Shown here piece after piece: positions 57,724 to 64,000 of a stretch of DNA of 64,000 nt (position 1 is its first letter; every line of letters starts with the position of its first letter). Both the position numbers and the translations under genes were made by a program. This DNA is from an uncultured Dehalococcoidales bacterium (lineage in GTDB: Bacteria > Chloroflexota > Dehalococcoidia > GIF9 > AB-539-J10). Below the pieces are notes generated by a model that had not been told where the DNA came from, did no database searches, and was given only the letters and a program-made list of their open reading frames with translations. The stretch covers positions 3,670 through 67,669 of the forward strand of contig CAZDXE010000001.1 of assembly GCA_964509565.1 (NCBI GenBank), in the 5' to 3' direction.

Positions 57724-58002
57724 TTATACCTCCTCGAACTATAATTCCGGCCAGGGCAGTAGGTCCTGCCATGACGGATAGTGCTTCAATCTGCTACCCA
57801 TCATCAGGGTTACCCTGGCCAAATCTATTCTAGGCTTCAGTCATTAGAGCGTCAAACACAAATCAGGTATCACCGTCACCCTCTTCATCAACAGGCTTGA
57901 CTGCTGTGAACATGTGTCTTGTTAGTGAGTCTATCAAAATTCATTGATTGGCTCGAGCGCTGGCAACAACAGTGCTTGTTGTATTATGATTACCACACAA
58001 CC

Positions 58003-59271
58003 ATGTTTCGTAAATCAAAGAACCGCATTTTCTATGGCTGGATCATAGTTGCAGGAGCTTCTGGCCTCGTATCGTTGATATGGGGTTGTGACGGCACCTA
58101 TGGTATCTTTTTACCCGAACTGGCAACTGACTTAGGTTGGACAAACACTGTCCTTTCCGGGGCGTATTCAATGGGGTGGATTGTGGCTAATGGTCTCGGA
58201 ATCATAGCAGGAAGAGCCAATGATAAATATGGCCCTCGCCTTGTTATCACGTTTTCCGTTGCTGTCACCAGCGTCGGCTTTGGGTTACTATATTTGACGA
58301 AGAATCCCTGGCAACTGTATTTGTACTATGGCCTTATCGCGAATATTGGTATGGGTTTTCTGGGAGTTCCAGTGATGTCAACAGTTTCCCACTGGTTTGT
58401 AAAGAAAAGAGGAATGGCCTTGGGAATCACGCAGGCGGGAGTAGGTTTTGGGGCATTTGTAATGCCGCCTCTTGTTCAGATGTTAATCACTCGTTTTGGA
58501 TGGCGGATATCCTACTTGATTATTGCCGGGGTCATTCTAGGCGTAGGTCTCCCTGTTTCCAGACTGATGCGACTTGACCCAGCAGAGAAAGGGCTTCACC
58601 CAGATGGTGCTGAAGCTGAAATAGCGAACGAGCAAGGCGAAGTGGCTGTAACTAACTCCGAAGGATTTTCTTTTAGACAGGCCTTGAGAACAACTCAATT
58701 GTGGCTGATGTTCGCGATTTACGTTATTTCTTCTCTCCGTATCGGGGTGATGGTACATCTAAAAGCGTATATGGTCAGTTTTAATATTCCGGAGATGACT
58801 GCTGCCACCATCATAGGTATTCGCAGCGGAGCTCGAATGGTAGGCACGCTCATCATCAGCAAACTTTCTGATAGAATTGGAAGAAGACGACCGCTGGTCA
58901 TTTGTTTTACTGTAATCGCGACTATGTCTGTGTGGCTTATTTTCATAAGAGAGCCGTGGCAATTCTACGCGTACTCCATAGCCAGTGGTTTATTTGGAGC
59001 AGGCTCCGTGCTACTGACGGCGATGGTGGCTGATTGGTTTGGGATGAAAGCAAACGGAAGCATTCTCGGGCTGCTGTATATTGCGACGGGAATAGGAGCC
59101 TCAACTGCACCGTTGCTCATCGGTTACTTAGTAGATACCAGGGGCGACTACCAGCTTGCTTTTACTGTGTTAGCCATCGCGGCCCTGGCACCTGTACTAT
59201 TATCGTTTGCTCTCAAGCGCCCTGAAAAAGGCGACTACACTATCAAGAACGATTTGTCAAGAAGTCAGTAA
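58003..59271 (+). CDS. MFS transporter (oxalate/formate-antiporter-like family)
   Basis: Twelve predicted TM segments and an N-terminal ..RIFYGWIIVAGA.. typical of OFA-type MFS proteins. The start is placed at the internal Met (MFRKSKNRIFYGW); the ORF-track 5' extension lacks any signal. Confidence 0.78.
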   Translation: MFRKSKNRIFYGWIIVAGASGLVSLIWGCDGTYGIFLPELATDLGWTNTVLSGAYSMGWIVANGLGIIAGRANDKYGPRLVITFSVAVTSVGFGLLYLTKNPWQLYLYYGLIANIGMGFLGVPVMSTVSHWFVKKRGMALGITQAGVGFGAFVMPPLVQMLITRFGWRISYLIIAGVILGVGLPVSRLMRLDPAEKGLHPDGAEAEIANEQGEVAVTNSEGFSFRQALRTTQLWLMFAIYVISSLRIGVMVHLKAYMVSFNIPEMTAATIIGIRSGARMVGTLIISKLSDRIGRRRPLVICFTVIATMSVWLIFIREPWQFYAYSIASGLFGAGSVLLTAMVADWFGMKANGSILGLLYIATGIGASTAPLLIGYLVDTRGDYQLAFTVLAIAALAPVLLSFALKRPEKGDYTIKNDLSRSQ

Positions 59272-59389
59272 TATTGGTTGCTGTGGAGTTTTAGCAGGTC
59301 AGGATTGATATAAGAGTGGGAGACCCCTCGGGATTCTGAATGGCCTCTTGGAAAACTAATTTTATCGGACTTTTAGCCTTGAAGGAATG

Positions 59390-59463
59390 TCGGGGTGAGA
59401 GGATTTGAACCTCCGACCACCTGAACCCCATTCAGGTGCGCTACCAGGCTGCGCTACACCCCG
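59390..59463 (-). tRNA. tRNA-Pro (anticodon GGG)
   Basis: Reverse complement CGGGGTGTAGCGCAGCCTGGTAGCGCACCTGAATGGGGTTCAGGTGGTCGGAGGTTCAAATCCTCTCACCCCGA. Anticodon loop ATGGGGT. CCA not encoded. Acceptor and T arms are identical to the tRNA-Pro(TGG) at 17628-17703. Confidence 0.88.
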
Positions 59464-59544
59464 TTGCTCAACACCCTGTATAATATGCTATCATAGTGGG
59501 GTTGCCAAGGCAACGAGATTATTAGATATAGAGGTTTGTGATCT

Positions 59545-60771
59545 TTGGGCAAGAAGAATAAGAAAGTTGAACCTCAGCATATCCCTAGCAAGCGCCAGCT
59601 TTCCAAGTGGCAACGCCAGGCGAAGATACGAAAGTTTATATTAATTGGCACGGCTGTTTTCCTGGCTGGCATCACAGGTTACATAAGCTACGGATATTAC
59701 AATGACAAAATAAAGCCCCTCAAGCAAACTGTAATAGAGGTAAACGATGCTTCGTTCACTATGGAATACTACGTGGACACCCTTGAAATCTACATCAGGA
59801 ATAGTCAACCAGACCAGGTTTATTATATGGCTAACATGGCAGCCAACCAGATTATCCAGGATGAATTGATCAGACAGGGGGCGAGTGCCCTGGGGATAGA
59901 TATTAGCCACCAGGAGGTAGCTGAACGAATAAAAGAAAATAACTTGCCCGATGAAGATATATATCAAGATATGGTGATTGCCAGCTTACTAAGAGAAAAT
60001 CTGCAACAGTATTTCGCTTCCCAGCTACCTGATAAAATGGAGCAGGCGCACGCTCAAGTGATGCTTGTAGAGAGCCAGCAAGTAGCCGATGATGTAATAT
60101 CTAAAATTGAAAACGGGGGCAATTTCACCGCATTGATTGACGAATTCTCCTGCTACCACACAACTGAAGGTGATTTGGGCTGGTTACCTCAAGAATTTAT
60201 GCCTGATTCCCTCATCGGAGATGCTGTCTTCAGCACAGACTCTGGCAAAGTAAGCAAAATCGAGGATGGGCCAATAATGAAGAATATCGGCTATTGGCTC
60301 ATAGAGATTACCGATAAAGATGAGGAAAAAGGCATAAAATCCAGGGCAATGCTGTTAGGCAGTAAACAAGAGGCTGACGAAATCAAAGATGAGCTAAGCG
60401 ATGACAATTTTGCTGAATTGTCCGATGCGCATTCCCAATATAGGGGCGGAGAGGATGGTGGCGAGCTTGGCTGGCTAAAACAAGGAGATATGAACAGTGA
60501 TGCTTTTGATGAAGTGGCTTTTAACCTTCCACTAGCTGAGATAAGCGAGCCAGTTCAGGATAAATCAGCTCAAACCAGCGGTGGCTACTGGATAATAAAT
60601 GTTCTGGAAAGAGGCGAGCACGACATTGAGGACATTAAGGAAAGGCTGATAAATAATGAGTTTTTAGAGTGGTTTACAGAACAAGAGGAAAATAGCACCA
60701 TAAACAATTACCTCAATGAGGAAGAGAAACTCTGGGCTATAAGCAAAATCACTAAGGCTATATCAGGATGA
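59545..60771 (+). CDS. Membrane-anchored parvulin-type peptidyl-prolyl cis-trans isomerase (PrsA/SurA-like foldase)
   Basis: TTG start with AGAGG upstream. An N-terminal TM helix (FILIGTAVFLAGITGYISYGYY). Two rotamase-like segments (..GDLGWLPQEFMPDSLIGDAVFS.. and ..GELGWLKQGDMNSDAFDEVAFNLPLAEISEPVQ..). Confidence 0.72.
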   Translation: MGKKNKKVEPQHIPSKRQLSKWQRQAKIRKFILIGTAVFLAGITGYISYGYYNDKIKPLKQTVIEVNDASFTMEYYVDTLEIYIRNSQPDQVYYMANMAANQIIQDELIRQGASALGIDISHQEVAERIKENNLPDEDIYQDMVIASLLRENLQQYFASQLPDKMEQAHAQVMLVESQQVADDVISKIENGGNFTALIDEFSCYHTTEGDLGWLPQEFMPDSLIGDAVFSTDSGKVSKIEDGPIMKNIGYWLIEITDKDEEKGIKSRAMLLGSKQEADEIKDELSDDNFAELSDAHSQYRGGEDGGELGWLKQGDMNSDAFDEVAFNLPLAEISEPVQDKSAQTSGGYWIINVLERGEHDIEDIKERLINNEFLEWFTEQEENSTINNYLNEEEKLWAISKITKAISG

Positions 60772-62057
60772 AGAATATTCACATCGGTTTGTTGGGGTTG
60801 GGGACTATCGGCACCGGCGTGGCTGAACTATTGCTCAGCAAGGCTGACAAGTTGGCAGAACAGATAGGGATTCCACTAACTTTGCAAAAGATACTGGTGC
60901 ACGATACAAATAAACAGCGCTCAATAAAACTGGAGCCTCACATGCTAAGTAATCATGTTGAGGATGTTATCAACAATCCCGAGGTAAATATAATAATTGA
61001 AGTCATAGGGGGTGAGCACCCTGCATTAGAATATATAAAGCAAGCCATCAGCAACGGCAAACATGTGGTTACTGCTAACAAGGAAGTGATTGCCAAACAT
61101 GGATACGAGCTATTATCTTTAGCCCGAAAATATAACGTGGACCTTCGATACGAGGCAAGCGTAGGCGGTGGCATACCGCTTATCTCGCCTTTCCAGCAAG
61201 ACCTGGCAGCCAATGACATATCAGCCATCTATGCCATACTCAATGGCACTACGAACTACATTCTAACCCAGATGTCACAAGAGGGATTGGATTTTGCTTC
61301 AGCCTTAAAACGAGCTCAGAAACTAGGTTATGCCGAAGCTAATCCAACAAATGACATTGAAGGCATAGACGCTGCTTACAAGCTGGCTATTCTGTCTGGC
61401 TTAGCTTTCCACACCAACGTAAACCCCGGAGATATATACCGCGAGGGAATCTCCCGCCTTCAAGCTAAAGACTTCTGTTATGCTAAAGAGTTCGGCTATG
61501 CTATAAAGCTCCTGGCTATCGCCAAGAGAGATGGCGAAGCCATTGAATTACGTGTCCACCCCGTTTTTATTCCTGAAGACTCCCAATTAGCCAAAGTCGA
61601 TGACGTTTATAATGCCATTCAAGTAGAAGGTAATTTGACCGGCAAGCTGATTTTTTATGGGCAAGGGGCAGGAGCCCTGCCTACTTCCAGCGCAATCATG
61701 GCTGATGTATTAGCCATAGCCAGGAATATCTATCATGGAAGAAGTAACACTTCTAAAATAGAATTAGAGCAGAAGCTGAGCATTAAACCCATGTCTGACC
61801 TGAAGATACATTACTACTTCAGGCTGACTGTGATTGACCGCCCTGGCGTGCTGTCCAAAATCTCCACAGTTTTGGGCAATAATTCCATTGGCATTTCTTC
61901 GGTGATTCAAAAAGAGAGTAACTCAAAGTCCCAAACTGCGGTGCTTGTTATCATGACTCATATAGCTGAAGAAAAAGCAGTGCAGAGGGCTCTAGAGGAA
62001 ATAAAAAATTTGAAGGTAGTGAAAGAAGTCAGCAACTTCATTAGAGTTGAAGAATGA
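60768..62057 (+). CDS. hom: Homoserine dehydrogenase
   Basis: IGLLGLGTIGTGVAELL NAD(P)-binding N-terminus, catalytic domain (..GGGIPLI..), C-terminal ACT domain. ATGA overlap with the upstream gene. Confidence 0.9.
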   Translation: MKNIHIGLLGLGTIGTGVAELLLSKADKLAEQIGIPLTLQKILVHDTNKQRSIKLEPHMLSNHVEDVINNPEVNIIIEVIGGEHPALEYIKQAISNGKHVVTANKEVIAKHGYELLSLARKYNVDLRYEASVGGGIPLISPFQQDLAANDISAIYAILNGTTNYILTQMSQEGLDFASALKRAQKLGYAEANPTNDIEGIDAAYKLAILSGLAFHTNVNPGDIYREGISRLQAKDFCYAKEFGYAIKLLAIAKRDGEAIELRVHPVFIPEDSQLAKVDDVYNAIQVEGNLTGKLIFYGQGAGALPTSSAIMADVLAIARNIYHGRSNTSKIELEQKLSIKPMSDLKIHYYFRLTVIDRPGVLSKISTVLGNNSIGISSVIQKESNSKSQTAVLVIMTHIAEEKAVQRALEEIKNLKVVKEVSNFIRVEE

Positions 62058-63109
62058 AACAAGGCGTTCTAAAGAGATATCGTGATTTCCTTCCAGTCAC
62101 CACAAATACGCCTCTAATTACACTGGGCGAAGGAGATACGCCTCTAATAAGATCTCTATCCATGGAAAAGGAGCTTGGCTGTGGTGAACTCTATTTCAAG
62201 TTTGAAGGATGTAATCCCACGGGCTCATTCAAAGACCGGGGCATGGTCGTAGCTGTAGCTAAAGCTGTGGAGAGCAATAGCCGCAGTATTATTTGTGCTT
62301 CCACCGGTAATACCAGCGCTTCAGCGGCCGCTTACGGAGCTCGCTTCGGGCTCAAAACTATCGTTGTCATACCTCAAGGGGAAATAGCCATGGGGAAATT
62401 AGCCCAGGCTGTTGTCTATAATGCCCGGATTATAAGCATAAAGGGTAACTTTGACCAGGCACTCCAAATAGTGCGCAGTTTAACCGAAAAATATCCTGTC
62501 ACTTTGGTCAACTCAATAAACCCCAATCGCATTGAAGGACAGAAAACAGCAGCTTTTGAAATTGTAGACGAGCTGGGCGACGCTCCCGACTATCTCTTTA
62601 TTCCCGTAGGCAATGCTGGCAACATCACTGCTTACTGGAAAGGATTTGTAGAATACGCTCGCGCTGGTAAAGCGAGCCATAGTCCGAAGATGATGGGATT
62701 TCAAGCTGCTGGTGCTGCTCCAATAGTGCAGGGAAAAATTATCAAGCGACCCCAGACCATTGCTACAGCTATCCGCATTGGCAACCCTGCCAGCTGGCAG
62801 AGGGCAGTAGCAGCACGAGATGAATCAGATGGCATCATCGATTGCGTTACTGACGATGAAATTATCAACGCCTATAAATTAGCAGCAACCAGGGAAGGAA
62901 TCTTCTGCGAACCAGCCTCTGCTGCCTCCCTGGCTGGACTTATCAAGATGACAGCAAAGGGAAAATTCTCCGATAAAAGAATAGTTTGCGTCTTTACTGG
63001 AACAGGGTTAAAAGACCCCGACATACCAGCCAAATTCGCCAAAGTACCAACAGAGCTTCCTGCTGACCTGGCTGCTGTTGAGAAGGCTCTGTCCGGAGTA
63101 ATTTCGTAA
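62054..63109 (+). CDS. thrC: Threonine synthase
   Basis: ..FKFEGCNPTGSFKDRGM.. PLP-lysine motif and fold-type II core. 351 aa. ATGA overlap with hom. Confidence 0.92.
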   Translation: MKQGVLKRYRDFLPVTTNTPLITLGEGDTPLIRSLSMEKELGCGELYFKFEGCNPTGSFKDRGMVVAVAKAVESNSRSIICASTGNTSASAAAYGARFGLKTIVVIPQGEIAMGKLAQAVVYNARIISIKGNFDQALQIVRSLTEKYPVTLVNSINPNRIEGQKTAAFEIVDELGDAPDYLFIPVGNAGNITAYWKGFVEYARAGKASHSPKMMGFQAAGAAPIVQGKIIKRPQTIATAIRIGNPASWQRAVAARDESDGIIDCVTDDEIINAYKLAATREGIFCEPASAASLAGLIKMTAKGKFSDKRIVCVFTGTGLKDPDIPAKFAKVPTELPADLAAVEKALSGVIS

Positions 63110-63131
63110 AGCCCGCAAGTAGATTTAAGAA

Positions 63132-63698
63132 ATGGTAGATCAGGACAAAATTAAACTTGCTGCAGTTTCTATAATCGAAGCCATCGGCGAGGATCCCAAC
63201 AGAGAAGGCCTGAAAAACACGCCAAAGCGTATTGCTGAAATGTATGCTGAGCTTTTCTCAGGTATGGATGCCGATCCAAAAGCTGAGTTAACGGTAGGAT
63301 TTGACGAAAATCATCGAGAGTTAATAATCTTGAGAGATATCCCCTTTTACTCTATGTGCGAGCATCATTTGCTTCCATTCTATGGAGTAGCTCATGTAGG
63401 CTATATTCCTGGTAAAGATGGCAAGGTAGTAGGGATAAGCAAGTTAGCCAGGGTAGTGGAAATTTTCGCCAGACGCCCGCAGCTTCAGGAAAGAATGACC
63501 AGGCAGATTGCTGATGCTATATTCGAAACTATTCAACCAGATGGCGTAGCCGTAGTTATCCAGGCAGAACATCTATGCATGACTATGCGAGGAATCAAAA
63601 AACCAGGAGCAAATGCAATAACTTCAGCAATAAGAGGAAGTTTCCGCAGCAAAGCAGTTACACGCTCTGAATTTCTATCCTTAATTAAGGGCAGGTGA
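63132..63698 (+). CDS. folE: GTP cyclohydrolase I
   Basis: ..[46 protein letters not shown].. is canonical FolE. Confidence 0.92.
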   Translation: MVDQDKIKLAAVSIIEAIGEDPNREGLKNTPKRIAEMYAELFSGMDADPKAELTVGFDENHRELIILRDIPFYSMCEHHLLPFYGVAHVGYIPGKDGKVVGISKLARVVEIFARRPQLQERMTRQIADAIFETIQPDGVAVVIQAEHLCMTMRGIKKPGANAITSAIRGSFRSKAVTRSEFLSLIKGR

Positions 63699-63713
63699 TT
63701 AATTTTTTTGCCA

Positions 63714-64000
63714 TTATTCGTGGCGCAACGATTCAATAGGATCAAGGCGCGCCGCTCTAAAGGCAGGATAGAGACCCGAGGCAAGTCCAACACAAATTGC
63801 CACTCCTACTGCCATGGCAACAACGTCTCCCGGGAGTATGGCTGGAAAAGGAAAACCCATATTCGCCAATACACCAGTGCTGATCTTAATTGCACCCCAT
63901 CCCAAAGCTACTCCTATAGCGCCCCCACAGAGGCTTAGCACAGCAGCTTCAGTAAGGAACTGGGTTAAAATATCACGACGTTTGGCTCCCACTGCTTTTC
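63714..64000 (-). CDS. FtsX-like ABC transporter permease (MacB/LolE family), C-terminal part; gene continues past the window end
   Basis: ..ILTQFLTEAAVLSLCGGAIGVALGWGAIKI...RAARLDPIESLRHE is the conserved C-terminal TM3-TM4 and RLDP tail of FtsX-domain permeases. Confidence 0.75.
   Translation of the reverse strand, partial: KAVGAKRRDILTQFLTEAAVLSLCGGAIGVALGWGAIKISTGVLANMGFPFPAILPGDVVAMAVGVAICVGLASGLYPAFRAARLDPIESLRHE

Noticed and set aside
1-64000. CRISPR arrays, integrases/transposases, rRNA genes
   Set aside because: Scanning for regularly spaced direct repeats, for recombinase or transposase signatures and for rRNA-like conserved blocks found none. The only repeats are intragenic (the surface protein) and short inverted repeats.

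Overview
This 64-kb window looks like a bacterial chromosome segment, at roughly 47% GC by eye. Gene content resembles Chloroflexi/Dehalococcoidia, but that is an impression from the proteins, not a database hit. About 60 protein genes, four tRNAs, no rRNA, no CRISPR array and no obvious transposase are present.

Main blocks, in order:
- A polysaccharide-locus edge: ugd-like N-terminus, a truncated four-helix-bundle fragment, and a UDP-sugar epimerase.
- The conserved translation/isoprenoid cluster rpsB-tsf-frr-cdsA-dxr-rseP-ispG-proS, with pyrH and uppS absent from their usual positions.
- thrS-infC-rpmI-rplT-pheS-pheT on the minus strand.
- A tightly coupled six-gene minus-strand operon, porGD-porA-porB plus NuoE/NuoF/HoxU-like flavin and Fe-S subunits.
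- A signal-peptide, membrane-anchored, very acidic IPT/TIG-repeat surface protein directly followed by a CetZ/tubulin-like GTPase with GQCGCR and GGTGSG motifs. I rate this pair as the most interesting feature.
- M24 peptidase, PiT phosphate transporter with a PhoU-like DUF47 partner, rarA, and AMMECR1 plus its radical-SAM activase without a MEMO1 gene.
- coaE, then an Opp-like binding protein, a secreted HExxH protein, and prfB carrying its programmed +1 frameshift site, all stop/start coupled on the minus strand.
- Endonuclease V, two tandem class-III aminotransferases, a tungsten-type aldehyde:ferredoxin oxidoreductase, and iorAB with a PurM-like gene.
- A catabolic cluster with a frameshifted gctB-like CoA-transferase, gctA, a BKACE, an extended-SDR dehydrogenase, panB and an unknown 317-aa protein.
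- A 1.2-kb ORF-poor stretch holding a disrupted zinc-ribbon reading frame, then saccharopine-dehydrogenase-family, Opp-like binding protein, MFS, parvulin PPIase-hom-thrC, folE, and a partial FtsX-like permease at the window end.

All calls rest on reading the supplied translations and the DNA by eye. No searches were run.
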